NCBI RefSeq assembly: GCF_000281045.1
Contig: NW_008246069.1
Location: 1,019,683 to 1,080,146 of the forward strand
Reading direction: 5' to 3'
Length of the DNA stretch: 60,464 nt
Source: Saprolegnia diclina VS20
Lineage: Eukaryota
Numbering within the stretch: the first letter of the stretch is position 1; each line of letters starts with the position of its first letter. Of the stretch, positions 43,941-57,093 are shown piece after piece. The notes under the pieces were generated by a model, which saw only the letters and a program-made list of their open reading frames with translations, had not been told where the DNA came from and searched no databases. The position numbers and the translations under genes were made by a program.

Positions 43941-46900
43941 CTACGCTTCATGTTTCAGCTTCTTGGACGGCGACGACTCGTCGATCGAGCGCTTGCGCTT
44001 CGGTGACGCGTCCTCGGTCATCGCTTCGTTGACGTGGTCTTTGCCGTCGTCGTCCGAGTCCTAATCCACTCTCCGCCACCCATGCACTTCATCGACTGTT
44101 GAAGTACCTGCGTCATCGCATCGTCTTCGTCGTACGGGTTGAGCAGCATGTGGGCGAGGTCCGTGCGCTTCGCAGGCGTCGCATCCGTCTTGACGCTGCT
44201 GTCGTCGTCCATGACTGCGAGCATATCTAGAATCGCAAATATATCCCTCAATACCATCGTCCGTCCTCTCCATCAGTCGTCGTACCCTTGCCCTTTTGGT
44301 CCTTTGCCCGGCGGTTCGAAAACCAGTTTTTGAGCTGGCGCTTTGTGATCGCCGACGTCTCGTCTTCGCTGAGAATGTTCATCTGGTCTTGGAGCTCGTC
44401 AAACACGCTTGCTTCAGGGCGTGGCGAGGCGTCGTACGCCGCATGGAGGACCTGCAGCTGCTTGTCGCTAAAGATGCGGCCTTGGACCTTGCTCTTCCGG
44501 GCCGTGCTCACGGGTGCTGGCGGCTTTTCTTCGTCGAGTGGCAGCTCGTCGCCCTACACAATACACATTCGAGGGTTGATGGTGTGAGAACCGGCGGGCA
44601 AAGTACCTCGCTGTCATCTTCATCCATGGGCTTGACGTCGCCGGCCGCGAGCGCTTCCGTGAGCGCATTCGGTGCATGGCCCGCGGCCTTGCGCTTGTAA
44701 AACCAACAGCGCAGTTGCTTGTAGTCGGACGACGACTCGCCCGAGACCTTGTTCATCTTCATGCGCAGCTTGAGGAGCTGGTCCTTGTCAGGTGCGTCGT
44801 TGAGGTTGTATGCTTTCTCGAGGAGACGGAGCTGCGCCACGTTGAATTTGGCCCGGACAATCTTGGTCGGCGCGGCTTCTTTCACCTCGGACGGTGTCGT
44901 GTCGACCTAATCGATTGAGATTCCGATTCAGATGCTCGACTCGATTTACCAGAGCCGGCATCGCGTTCGGGTCGTCGGCCGCCGCAATCACGGCTTGGAT
45001 CGTATCCGAGAGCTTGGTCGCGAGTTTGACGAGTTCCTTGTTCTCTTGGTGCGACTTGGCCACGAGCTTGAGCTGGCGGTCGAGGCGAGTGTCGACGAGC
45101 ACTTGGGCCGGAATGTCCACCGACTAGACGACAATATATGTTGTACAACTTGTCAACATCCAGCACGTGGTACGTACAAGAAGGAGCTCGAGAATGTCAA
45201 TGCAGGCTTCGGCCGGCGCGTCTTCTTCGACGAGCTTGAGCAGCTTGAACTTGAGGTCCGTGACCTCGTCCTTTGTGAGCGGGTGCGACCCGAGCGCCTT
45301 GCCGTTGTAAAAGAGCCGGTCGCGCGCCGCCTGCATCGCCTTGGCCCGGATCTCCTTGACCTCTTCCTCGCTACATTGACTCGACTATGCGACATGTTGT
45401 TATTTGACATCGACGCGATACCTCAAGCCTTGTTCGCGCGCGAGTCGGCAGGCCTTGCGCACCGATGCGACATGGTCCATGCGCAGCCGCTGCTTGGACT
45501 TGGTGGCGGGCGCCGGCGCCTTGCGCTTCGCCACTTCGGGCGCGGCGTCAGGCTCGGCCGCCTACGATCACGATTCGTGAAATATGAGCAAAAATGAGCA
45601 AAAAGGAGCAAAAATGTACCGGGAACGTGGCCGACGCCGACGGTTCTAGCGCGAGCTGCTCGGCCTCCTCGACAATCTCCATCGCGCCCGCGCTCGTTTC
45701 GCGCATCTTGGCGACGCGTGCTTCGAGCACCTCCTTGGCTTCGTCAATGTACGCGGCCCGGAGCTTCTTGATGTCTTCGTTGTCGAGGTTGGACGTATCT
45801 TCGTCCTTCATCTTGAGGCGCATGTAGTCAAGGCGCTCCTTGGCGCGTCGGTTGTCGAACCAGATGCGGATCTGCTTGACTGCAATGCCTTCGGGCTGCA
45901 GCTCAGGATCCGCGTACTGGGCTGCGTTGATGATGCGGTACATGGCCTGGATCTCGCTCGACTCGGGCCGCGACGACTTGCTATACCACTCTTCAAGCTT
46001 TTGGATCTGCGCCGACGAGTAGAGGCGCGACGCGCCGCCGCCCGTCTTGACCTTGAGCTTGGCCTTCGCGGCTTCCTTGGCTTCTTTCTCGAGGTTCTTC
46101 ATCTCGAGGTTGGGCGGAAACTTGACGTCTTTGATAAAGTCGACCTCGGTTTGCACCGATTGGTATTGGACCGTATACAGGGCCGACTCGAGCGTCGAGA
46201 GACCTGCGAGCACCTTGCGCAGCAACACTGCCGACGGTGTTGCTTCGTCGTCGTGGGCCGTCGTGGCAAAGTGGCCTTCGACGTCGCCCTTGAGGCTCTG
46301 GGCCATGTGCAGCATCTCTTCGCTCTTCTCGATGATCATCGCATTGAACTTTTTACCGGCCTTGAGCGCCACGTCGACAAGCCGCGCGTACTTGGCGTCG
46401 TTGGTCGACGTCGCGGCAGCCGGCGACGGCGCTTTCGTCGGTGTCGTCGCACCCTTGGAACGCGCATTGCCCTTGGCACTAGATCGACGATAGGACATGA
46501 TGAAGAGCGAGGGCTAGCTACCCTTTCCGAGCGGTCTTGGGCATCGGCGTCATCTTCTTGATCGGCTCGCAGTCGGGGCAGAACCACTTTTTCGCGTGGT
46601 TGGTCGTAATGAGCTTGGCGTACTTTTGCCGAAAGCACGTCGTGTGGAAGCGAACGTGGCACTGGGCGCACACGAGCGCTCGCTTGGCGTTCAACGTGTC
46701 TTCGTGGCACACTTCGCAGATCGTCGACGTCGCCTTGTCCTACAATGCATCCGTGTTCTGCAAGGTTCGCTGCATGGTTGTGGGAGGTACCTTGTCAAGC
46801 GCCCGCGACGGGTCCGTCCGCGCCGAGGCTTCCTGTTGCAAGAGGAGTTGCTCGAGCTCGTCTTCGTCGTCGCGCATCTCGTCGTCGGACGGCGGCTGGC

Positions 46901-47153
46901 TCTCACCGTGGCTTGCCTCATCATCGTCGTCGTCGTCGCTGGACTCGGAGCCTTCGCTCATGGCCTTGGCTTTCACGAGACTCGCGAGCAAGCTCGTGCC
47001 CGTCGTGATCGAGACCGGCAGCTTGGCCGCATCGTCGCCGGCGGTGGTCGGGTCCATCATGCGCAGCGGCGGGAGGCTGCCCGTGAATGCAGACGGCAGC
47101 AGCGATGGCGCCTGGTACGGCGGCGGCCGCTCGTCGTCGCTCGAGGAGCTCAT
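43941..47153 (-). CDS. Chromatin/transcription regulator: PHD finger + three atypical homeodomains + TFIIS-N-like domain; multi-exon
   Basis: PHD CEVC...LVCAQCHVRFHTTC...WFCPDC. Homeodomains ...QIQKLEEWY...QIRIWFDNRRAKER, ...QLRLLEKAY...QLRCWFYKRK and ...QLQVLHAAY...QLKNWFSNRRAK. Helical DILELL..VDIPAQVLVDTRLDRQLK resembles TFIIS-N. Confidence 0.78.
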
Positions 47154-47906
47154 GCTGCGAATCCGGTGGTTCGAGGCAAAAGTCAAAATAAAACTTCCAT
47201 TGCCATTGCCATATTAACGACGCCGGCATACAAACATCAAATGAACTCTCATCGACCAACATGCAGCTAATATGGCGTGCCTATGGACCTCGAAGTCTAC
47301 CTTCGAGTGTCACTTGCGATTTGTATGGGATCGAGGCGAAGTTCGAAGCGACAGCCGCGCGTGGGGTTTCTTTTAGAATGCGTGGTGAGTAATGGAAGGT
47401 CAATGGAGCCAAGTTGACTGAACATGGGCGACAGACGACGACGAACGCGCCGACGCCAACGTGCATGGCCTATGCCCAAGGGTTCTACCTACCTCGTAGG
47501 GCCGCTCGGCGCGCGCGCGACGGCCACCGCGCCGGCGAAATGAACAAAACGTCTCGCGGCGGCTGTGACAACGGCGCGAAGTGCGGTCAATAATATACTG
47601 GAAAAGCGAACGATGATGTGGCGGTGACTGTGGGTGATAGCGACACGGGCAAGACGACGACGGTATAGCCGACGCATGCCGCCTCGATGCATCCTAGTGT
47701 CGTGGCGAAACATGGTACTATAATAGTATTATCATCTTCCAAATAAGTTCTCCGCCAGGATGGAGGATGGCGCCGTCGATAACACAGCTGCACATGAGGT
47801 GGATCGGCCGGCAGTACATGGTACTTTTGCTGGTGTACATACGAAAGCGAGACTCTTCCTCGGGAGAAGGAACACGGTGATGTGTATTGAAATGCGGACG
47901 TTTACT

Positions 47907-49316
47907 CTACGCGCTGAGGTCCATGGTCGTGCCTTGGTTGAGCGTGTTGACAAGCTCGACGGTCTGGTTGTAGACGACGAACCCACCGGGCGCGTCACCC
48001 GACGGAGTCGTTCGCGCTGCGGTCGTCGTCTCGGTGGCGCCGTAGTTGTCGAGGTACGTCCCGTACGCAAAGTCGGCCACGTAGAGAAAGAGCACGAGGA
48101 TCATGCGTGTGCCTTTCGAGATCGGGTACCCAGCGTGCCGCAGCGGGCCGGCAAACGCGACCGCGTGCCCGACGCCGGCGTCCACCACCTGGTCGAGCGC
48201 TTCGAACCACGTGCCGCCACCGACAAAGGTGTCGTTGAGCGTGATGACGACGCTCGTGACGCTCGTGTCGTTGTGCTCGGGGAGACTCAGCGACCCGTCG
48301 CGCTCAGCGTCGTAGCGCACGATAAAGGCATCGTGCACGCGGCACCGACTCTGTTGCGTCACGGCATCGAACATGCTCGACCCATCGGCGAGGACTGGAA
48401 AGCACGTCGCCAAGAACGGGTACACGCGCGTTGCGAGCAGAGTACGGAGCCACGGGCGCAGCGCTGCAATGTCTTCGACCGCCACGTCGGTCGTCTTGAC
48501 GCTCGAGTGCCGCACCGTGCCCCAGACACCGCCAAGGACAGCCTCGTGGTGCGCATGCACGAGCGCAAGCACATTTTCGCACTCGCTGCGTGTCAGAAGC
48601 GGCAATTGTGAGCGAAACACGAGCCGGCCGGCTTGTGCGGTGGCATCAAAGATAGCGTGGGCAGGAGTCGGCGCCGCTTCGAACCCTTGCACTGCAAACG
48701 GCGGTAGCGCGCCGTCGCCAACGAGATTCGGCAATAGCTCTTCATGGACCGCTGCTTCGTCCCAGCACTGGCGCTTGCGGCGCTGCCGCGCAAGGACGGG
48801 GCATGACGGGATCGCTCGACTGCCATCGCTCCAGAGCTTGTAGGCGCGCGTATGGTCGTCGCCGTGGATCTTGACCCAGCCTGCAAGATGGTAGGCGTCG
48901 GCGGCCGTGTCAACGTCGCACGCCGCTGCGTCTTTGGCAAAGATTTCGGTCACGGCCACGCACAGCGCGAGCGCGTCGTTGTAGTGACCGGCCTTGAATT
49001 GCAGTCGCCCGAGCGCGAGGAGCAGCGACGGGTCGTCAGGGAAGTACATGTCGATGGCGCTGGAGAGAACGTCGATGGCTTCGTAGCGCCGGTGCAGGCC
49101 CTCGAGCGCGGTCGCGTAGCAAAGGTAGATCTCGCGCTCCGAGATGGACGGGTCCTCGAGCCACGTCTCCTGGAGCAGCATCGCTTGGCAGACCGCGACC
49201 GTTGTTGCATGCTTTTTGCGCGTCTTGATGGCGTCGACCTCGTCGGCCGACTTGCCAGCGTACAGCGTCGCCTCGTACGCCTCGAGCATCGCATCCGAGT
49301 CGGTGGCGGCGTCCAT
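47907..49316 (-). CDS. TPR-containing 2OG-Fe(II) dioxygenase (prolyl/lysyl hydroxylase-like); intronless
   Basis: TPR-like helices (LALGRLQFKAGHYNDALAL); FIVRY...LPEHNDTS (HxD), LND.F.GGGT.F, LRHAGYPISKGTRMILVLF (distal His and Arg). Confidence 0.85.
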   Translation of the reverse strand: MDAATDSDAMLEAYEATLYAGKSADEVDAIKTRKKHATTVAVCQAMLLQETWLEDPSISEREIYLCYATALEGLHRRYEAIDVLSSAIDMYFPDDPSLLLALGRLQFKAGHYNDALALCVAVTEIFAKDAAACDVDTAADAYHLAGWVKIHGDDHTRAYKLWSDGSRAIPSCPVLARQRRKRQCWDEAAVHEELLPNLVGDGALPPFAVQGFEAAPTPAHAIFDATAQAGRLVFRSQLPLLTRSECENVLALVHAHHEAVLGGVWGTVRHSSVKTTDVAVEDIAALRPWLRTLLATRVYPFLATCFPVLADGSSMFDAVTQQSRCRVHDAFIVRYDAERDGSLSLPEHNDTSVTSVVITLNDTFVGGGTWFEALDQVVDAGVGHAVAFAGPLRHAGYPISKGTRMILVLFLYVADFAYGTYLDNYGATETTTAARTTPSGDAPGGFVVYNQTVELVNTLNQGTTMDLSA

Positions 49317-50356
49317 TGCTTCGTGATTGATACAAAAACACGCTTCAAGCACCGTGGTAGTGTTGTCACGCTACTTCAGGAGACACACTATTTCCGTGTT
49401 ACAAAAGGTGGCACACGCCGCAAACGACATGTGGGCGAGACTTGTTGGGTGGGGAAGCCACGGGGAGCTTTGGACGCTTTGGAGTTGCCGTCGTACTACG
49501 AAGTGTGGCCTCGAGACATGGTCCTATGTCAGCCGTTGCAGTCGGTATCGGCGTCAGCATGCAAAAAATGCTCTGCCAAGCCTTCTTCATGCACGGAAGC
49601 AGTCGCGGCCATGGCGATAGGCTAGACCGAGTGATAGATGAAGATGCCGGCCGAATCTCGTCGGCCCACATTCGACGGCCTCGTTCTCATTCGAGCATCT
49701 TGTGGAAATTGAGGAACACCAAGCGCGGCTGGAACGCGCGTTCTCGCAGCCACGCCGGCAGCTGCCAGTTGATAGGCAGCTACCGGATGGTCCTTTAGCC
49801 GTCGCGGCCCGCTTGCACAAGCTCTAGACTCTGACTAGCGGTAGGCGAGAGCGGAATAGAGTTATTCGTTTGCACCAGCCACGCTGCGTCGTTGCAGTCG
49901 CGGTGCACGTGGTGGAGCCAACCCATTTTTGACCTGGTCAACCCGGCGCTGGAGAAGCACGCTTGCTGATCCTCGTCAAGAAGTGGTCTCAGGACGGTGG
50001 TAGCTTGCGATGATCGCATGCATTGCACGAGCTCGGACGGGCCAGTCCCAGTCTGTATTTATGGGACCTGGCTTGGCGCTGCTAAATTCGGCATACGATC
50101 CCGAATTTAGCAACGATGTGCTGAATGCAATCGGCCAATACATACACTATTTGAATGATTTAAAATGGTGTACGCTGGAGCTGGCCAATCCGGCGCCGCG
50201 CCCCAAAGACATGCACGTCATTGGATACATTACTCACGCTTTATGGCCAATCGACGCGGTGATCGTTGCTGATTGGTGCGTGGGTGCAAATCCCATTTTG
50301 CCCAATCAGGCAAAAGATTGCTCCGACTTGGTGTTTGGGGCGACAATAGCAGCAGC

Positions 50357-52220
50357 ATGAAGATGCTCCGCGAAGCCCGCGCGTCCATTGAGCTCTACGA
50401 GGACGACGACAGCGAGTTCAACCCGCTGCTCTCGCCCGCGCCCATCTCCAAGGACGAGCTGCGCCACGTCTTTGCCCTTGGCATCCCGCTCGTACGCGCC
50501 ATGCCCTGCGCGTCCCTCATCCTGCCCTTAGGTCGTTGTGCACTTTCTCGAGTTTGTGCCAAACACGCTCAATGGCATGCTTCTCGGCCATCTCTGTACA
50601 GCGCCAGCTTGGGCTCGCTATGGCCTCATGCATTGTGTAGCCACCGCCGCCGACGAGACCCAAGTGTACCTCGCGGCCGGCGGCCTGAGCAACCTCTACT
50701 ACACGGTGTTTGCCTATGGCCTCGTCTTTGGCGTCTGCACCGCCATGGACGCGCTTTGCGCCCAAGCGTACGGGAAGGGCATGAAGGACGACATTGGCTA
50801 TGTGCTTCAGACCGCCGTCATGTGCGCGCTCTGTGTGTTTGTACCGCTTGCGCTTATGCTCGGATTTGCCGGCACCTTTCTCGAGTGGATGGGCCAGTCG
50901 CCCGAGGTCCGCATTGCGTTTGTATGAGAGTATCAACTTGATACGGTTGGGTCTAGATTGCGCGCGTCGCGCAATCGCTCACGCGCTGGATGATCCTCGA
51001 GCTGCCGTGGAGCTTTGCGTACGAGATCCTCAAACGCGTGCTCCAAGGCCAAAACATTGTGCTGCCCATCGTGTTTGCCATTGGATTCGCCAACGTGGTC
51101 AACGTCGCAACGTCATATGGGCTCATGTACCACACGTCAATGGTACGTGGTCGTAGCGAGCAAACCTTCCGTCTCACGTCGCGTGAGTAGGGCTACATGG
51201 GCTCGGCCATCTCCTTTGCGTTGGTGTTTGCTACTGCTGCACTCGCGCTCGTGCCCGCGGTGCGTAATCTCGGCGCGTATGCACGTAGCTGATGCGCACT
51301 AGGTGCGCAAGCTACCGCACGTCCCGTTTCAAGAGCGCTGGGCGATGTCCGAGGTGCTGCACCGGCTTCCGTACTTTATTTCGCTCAGGTAGACGCCTCT
51401 TTCTTGCGACTCGACGCATGTGGTGTCGACTAGTCTCAACGGCTGGGGCATGTTTGTGTTTGAGTTTGTCGCTGTTGCGCTCACCTCCTTCCTCGCCGGC
51501 GGGCTCCCACATGCCAACGTGGCCATGAGCGCCAACAACATTTACATGGGCTTCCGCACGCTCTTCTCGATGGTCTTCTTGGGCATCGGCATGGCCGCGT
51601 ACACTGTCGTCCACTCGTGTCCACGCCTTCTCACTGCCTCTCTAGATCGATTCGCGTCGGGAATGCCCTTGGCGGGAATCTTCCGTGCCGGGCCAAGATT
51701 GCCGCGTGGCAAACCGTCGGGCTTGCGGTCACATGGGCGCTGCTCACGATGCTGGCCATGTGTGTCGTGGGCCCGTACTATACAACGAGCTACACGCGCG
51801 ACCCGGCCATCTACGAGTCGGTTTCTGTCGTGTCATAGTGCCACGTCACATGATCCATGGGTAGGGTTGCAAAGGACCTGTTCTGGATCACAGCGCCGTT
51901 TCAGATTCCGATGGGAATCTGGGCAACGATCCAAGGTGTCTTTCGTGGCAGCGGTATACCATGTCATATACTATGAACTAGTGTATGCAATGAATGTAGG
52001 CAAACCGGACAAGGGCATTTGGGTCAATTTGGTGGCGTTCTTGGTCGTGGGCGTCCCGCTCGGCCGCTTTCTCGCTGTCTCGTGCGGCCTCGGGATCGTC
52101 GGGCTCTGGCTCGGCGTCTGCACCGGCTTTTCAATGTGTGCAGTCTATGGCCTTGTGTGGCTCTACCACGTCGAATGGAACGACTTGGTGCTTGAAGTCG
52201 ACGCCAAGTTGCTTGCCTAG
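50357..52220 (+). CDS. MATE family efflux transporter; multi-exon
   Basis: ELRHVFALGIP, LAAGGLSN, GVCTAMDALCAQAYG, KRVLQGQN, GYMGSA, SIRVGNALG, QGVFRGSGK, VNLVAF.VVGVPLG and GIVGLWLG. Confidence 0.9.
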
Positions 52221-53761
52221 TTGGTATAAGACACGCTTCTTATCTTTTGTTGTGTCTACGAGGAGAGCCCGGGACGGCGCGGACAGGGTCGTGTTTGGCC
52301 GGGCTCTAGTTGCAACGTTGGGTTGGCCTTGCTTGACACTGCATTCGATTCTGTCGACCGTTGGATAGAGCACTCGCTTCATTAGACGCGTCCGAGCGCT
52401 CGTACCATCTCCCGCCGTTGAAATCGAACTTAATCGGGCAATCCTTCACGGTGGACGCAAAATACGAACTTAGCGGAAACAATCGCGCGATCGTCAGCCC
52501 ATTCCAGGATGTGCAACTTTGGCAAAGCAGCGTGTGCATTCTTCGGGCAAGAAGGACGTCAGACGATAGGCTTCTTCTCGTGGCTTCAATCACAGACCAC
52601 CCGTGCAGTGGCGTGCGAGATGCCAGTGTCGAGGTGATGCAGCACCAAAACTGACACGGCGACGTAGTCGCAACGAGACTCTCCGGAACCGTTTTGCTCT
52701 CGATGTAGATTTTCGACCCAAGTGGCTGACAGAGATAAGGTTTGCTGGGACGGCTTGGATATTGGGTCCCGCGATCTTGATATCCGAGGTGGGACGCGAA
52801 GCGCAACGATGCTTGTTGGGAAGTCAACTTGCATCGATTCGAACGTCATGCGATGGAGCGGAACGCTGATGGGGCGTGTTCGCATCGTCGATCGAGGTAG
52901 AGATGCTACTGTCAATGACACCAGGCGGTTCGATAATTGCACAAGTTGTGAGAATGCGAGTGACCCCACTTGCGTTATACTTGACCTCTCTCCGAACCGG
53001 TGTCCACACCTCAATCGCGCTAGCTATTGAGCGAGAGCAAACTCGTACTTTGGGTATCGGACCACATTACTAGGTACCAGGTAGCAGCAAGACCCTGGTT
53101 GGTAGGTGTACCGGGTCCTAGGTGTACACTGTATTGGATCTGTGGGGCGGTCGCAGAGTAGCCGCACTGTCAGTCGCACGTTCGATGAGGGGTCTCTGTC
53201 GATAGCGACTTGAATGCGGATGATAGGACAAGCAGGCCGAAGCGAAGTAACATCAACGTCGCAAGCCGCCGCTGAGTACAACAATCGGATCAGCAAATTG
53301 CGTTGATGACGGGTGCCGACTCTACTTGCGCTGGAATCCCAACTGCTATTGTCTATAGCTTTCGATACACCTAGCGCCGCTAGTAGCGATGACAAAGAAG
53401 TTATGTATGAGTGATGAGAGATCTAGTCAAGGACTACACGACAGCTTGCGCGATACATGCGAGCAGCGTGTGAGGCATCTGATGTCGACTGGCGCACGTC
53501 GAAATGAAACGCTGCTTGGATTGGCTACCGAGCGGTCACGTCGTATGTGATTGGCCCATTTAATGGCTTTTGCACCAATGGCCTTCGCGTTTCACATTGC
53601 CGAGTCTTTGCAAGTGATATGGCCCGCCGACCAAATGCAAAGGCGGAACGGTGACCCAACTTAATGGCGCACAGATGGTCGGGGCCGGCGACTTGCTGGA
53701 TACTGCGTTCGTTAGGATGCATCACAGCCCTCACTCTTCAATTGACTACCAGTCGACAGCC

Positions 53762-55447
53762 ATGAAGCCAAGCCTGGCACTCGCACTGGCCGCCACCGCC
53801 ATCACGACCACGTCGGCGGCCATCTGCAAGGGCATCGCGCCCTACTCGTACACGGCCGCAGTCCAGGCCAATGCGCAGTTTGCGCCTGCGATCGACGAGC
53901 TCAAAAAGTACGCGGTCGCGACGTGGTACACGGACAACGGCGGCGACTCGATCGACGCGCTCTTGGCCGCTTGTCCCAACGACACGCCCGTCATCATCGT
54001 GTACGGTCTGCCCGGGAAGGACTGCGCGTCGGGCTGGTCGGGCGGCGGCAACAACAAGAACACTGACCAGTACAAGGCGTGGGCCCAAAAGCTGGCCGAC
54101 AAGGTCGGCAACCGCAAGGTCATTTACATTCTCGAGCCGGACGCCATCGGCCTCCTCTCCAACAACAACTGCGCCGTCCAGAACGGGTACGCTGGCAACC
54201 TCGTCGCCGGCAAGAACATCCTGGCTGCGAACAGCAATGCGCAGATCTACGCAGACGTCGCCGGCTGGTCCACGCAGGCCAACGCAGTCCAGGCCCTCAA
54301 GAACCTCGGCAAGCTCTCCGGTATCGCGATCAACACGTCTAACTACAAGAGCACGAACGAGATGGTCCAAGCCTGCCAGTCGTACTCGAGCCAGACCGGC
54401 GGTCTCCACTGCATCATTGACACGTCGCGCAACTTTAACGGGTCGCCGCAGAACGAGTGGTGCAACGCGCGGTCGGGTGGCATTGGCGCACCACCGACAG
54501 ACAATACGGGCAACCCGCTCGTCGACTACTTCCTCTGGCTCAAGGTCCCCGGCGAGTCGGACGGGCAGTGCTACGGCCAGTCAAGCGATGCGATGGTCGG
54601 GCCGGGCGCCGGGCAGTTCTTTCCCGATGGCTTCAAATCTCTCTGGGACCAAGGCTACTTTGTGTCGAAGGGCGCGGCCAAGATCGGCCAAGCCCCGGCC
54701 CCAGCGCCGGCCCCTGCACCGATTAACAGCCAGTGCGCTACCAAGGCCAACTGGGACTACTCTGGGAACGACCTCTACAGCTTCGGCGTCCAAGGCAGCA
54801 CGAACGACCAAGTGAACAAGTGCTGCGCGTCGTGCCAGAGCGACAACAACTGCAAGGCGTTCACGGTGGCCTACAACAACTGCTACCTCAAGCACTCGAC
54901 GGGCAACGGCGGCACGAGCCACAGCAGCGGTATCGCTGGCACCAAGAGCGGTGGCGGGTCGAGCGGTGGCTCCTGCGGTGCGACCGAGGCCAACACCGAC
55001 TACTACGGCAATGACATCACCCGGTACGCAGTCAGCGGCGACGCCAACAACCAAGCCAGCTACTGCTGCGACAAGTGCTCGGCAACGAGCGGCTGCGCGG
55101 GCTACACGATCAACGGCGGCTTCTGCTACATGAAGAGCCAGATGGCCAACAAGTTTTGGAGCGCGACGGCAGTCTCGGCGACCCGGTCCGGCGCTGGTGC
55201 ATCATCGTGCGGAGCAACCGAAGCCAATACCGACTACTACGGCAACGACATGAGCCGGTTCCCGGTGAGCGGCGATGCCAACAGCCAGGTAAGCGACTGC
55301 TGTGGCAAGTGCTCGGCGACCAGTGGCTGCGCGGGCTTCACGATCAACGGTGGCTTCTGCTACATCAAGAGCAAGCTCGAAAACAAATTTTGGAGTGGGA
55401 CGGCGGTCTCGGGCCGTCGGGCGTCTTCGCGCCTCCGCCGTGTTTAA
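53762..55447 (+). CDS. Secreted GH6 cellulase with three C-terminal PAN/Apple modules; intronless
   Basis: Signal peptide from ATG 53762; IIVYGLPGKDC, YILEPDA, IIDTSRN, WCN and FLWLKVPGESDG. Three DY.GND....CC..C.....C..[FY]T.....CY.K modules. Confidence 0.93.
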   Translation: MKPSLALALAATAITTTSAAICKGIAPYSYTAAVQANAQFAPAIDELKKYAVATWYTDNGGDSIDALLAACPNDTPVIIVYGLPGKDCASGWSGGGNNKNTDQYKAWAQKLADKVGNRKVIYILEPDAIGLLSNNNCAVQNGYAGNLVAGKNILAANSNAQIYADVAGWSTQANAVQALKNLGKLSGIAINTSNYKSTNEMVQACQSYSSQTGGLHCIIDTSRNFNGSPQNEWCNARSGGIGAPPTDNTGNPLVDYFLWLKVPGESDGQCYGQSSDAMVGPGAGQFFPDGFKSLWDQGYFVSKGAAKIGQAPAPAPAPAPINSQCATKANWDYSGNDLYSFGVQGSTNDQVNKCCASCQSDNNCKAFTVAYNNCYLKHSTGNGGTSHSSGIAGTKSGGGSSGGSCGATEANTDYYGNDITRYAVSGDANNQASYCCDKCSATSGCAGYTINGGFCYMKSQMANKFWSATAVSATRSGAGASSCGATEANTDYYGNDMSRFPVSGDANSQVSDCCGKCSATSGCAGFTINGGFCYIKSKLENKFWSGTAVSGRRASSRLRRV

Positions 55448-55985
55448 CACGTTTAGTGTCTGTGAATAATACTATCTTCCGTTCTTTGTGAGTACACAGC
55501 TGAAAGACCTTGATTAGTTGAGAATTGAAATTTGTACTAGAATGTAAACGAAAGAGAAATAACGTTAGATAACATCACATATTTGCATGCTAGATGAGTG
55601 TTGAACACTTCAGTCGGAGCTCGTCCACGATACTAGAATACGAGAATTCGAACGATGCCCTTAATCTGCTGCATCATCAGCGTGCTCACATGTATCGTGC
55701 TATGAGCCCGATGGAGTGTCGCGACTCACACTTCGTACTTCGCGGCTGCATGCTAGTTGCTTGATCTACAGGTGTCCCACGAAACCCGAGAACCCTATCC
55801 CTAAAGAGGGGTTCAAGCGTGACGCGACGCAATGACTCGAGAGCTGCTCTCAGGAACCCGATTGAAGCCCTAGCCCTCGACGATCAAGTCGCACACAACG
55901 CTTTCCAGTACAAACTATGTTAGTAGTGCTTTTAGCGACGGCATGCATACACATACATGTAGAAACGACGAGAGGGGCTCGTTAC

Positions 55986-57093
55986 TTAGGCGCGGCGGAG
56001 GCGGCGGGTCGTGTCGTCGTCGTCGTACGTCTCGTCGTCCTCGTCGTCGTCGGTGGTCGTCGATTCGAGGCTTTCGTAGTCGCTCTTGGGCTCCGAGCTG
56101 GGGCGGCACTGGTAGTAGTACTCGTTGTACTTGACGCAGCGAGCGCCGTCGACGCACTGGGTATCACCCTTGTAGTTGGTGCCACCGCACTGGTAGTAGA
56201 GAGCAACCTTGCCGTTGGACGGCTTGTCGGTGGGCTTAGTCGACGGCTTGGTGGTCGGCTTGGTCGTCGGCTTGGTGGTCGGCTTGGTGGTCGGCTTATC
56301 GGTAGGGTACTCGGGCGTCGGAGCGGGCGTCGGGGCCTTCGTCGACGGGTTAGGCTTGTTGGTGGACGGGTTCGGCTTGTTGGTCGACGGACTCGGGCTC
56401 ACCGTCGACGGACTCGGACCCGCACTGCCAATCGCGACACAGTTCTCTATCAACACAAGTATCAGCCATCGAATCTTCATGCAACAAGGACATAGTGTCG
56501 ACGTACTGTAAGCTTGCCACTGCGGCGTGTGGAGCGCCATCCAGAGCATCGTGAGCTGCTTGGCACCCGAACACTTGGACGTGTCGATGGGCATCGAGCC
56601 GTCCGGAATGTTCTTGGCGCAGTCGTCATTGTAGTAGAGGCGCGTCTCGTCGCACCAAAGCTCACACGGACCCTAGTCACAGACGTGTGTGAGGTTTTTT
56701 TTCATAAAAATAGCATACCTCGTGCGACGGCGTAAAGCCCTCGTTGTCGCCGTGGCGCCACTTGACGATGCTCGGCAGCGGCTGCGGGTTGGCCGCGTCG
56801 ACCTTGGTGATGCCGCACTGGCCGCACTGTGCGCTCGTGTCCCACGCATCCAGGAACGCCTTGAGCGTCTTGTACTTGCTCGCCTTGAAGTTGGCCGCAA
56901 ACTGCGCGGCGTTGTAGCCCGGGTCCTGGTTGTACGCCGAGCCGGGGAGCGACGTGGGGCCATCGATCGTGCCGCAGAAGCGCGTCGGGTCGCTGTTGGG
57001 CTCAATGAACGTCGGCTTGGGGTCAAAGAGGCCGCCGTGGGCCGCCACTTGCGACGCCAGCAGCGCCAGACCAACAAGAGTAGGAGAGACCAT
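55986..57093 (-). CDS. Secreted AA17-like LPMO with (PTTK)n linker, one CBM1 and acidic-RRLRRA tail (3 exons: 57093-56719, 56672-56507, 56446-55986)
   Basis: [41 protein letters not shown]...WMALHTPQWQAYK|NCV, with the same intron positions as 79-1240; YYQCGGTNYKGDTQC...YYYQC. Confidence 0.88.

Noticed and set aside
52300..53500. Possible degenerate transposon or gene remnant
   Set aside because: No transposase or RT motifs, terminal repeats or consistent ORF could be recognised.
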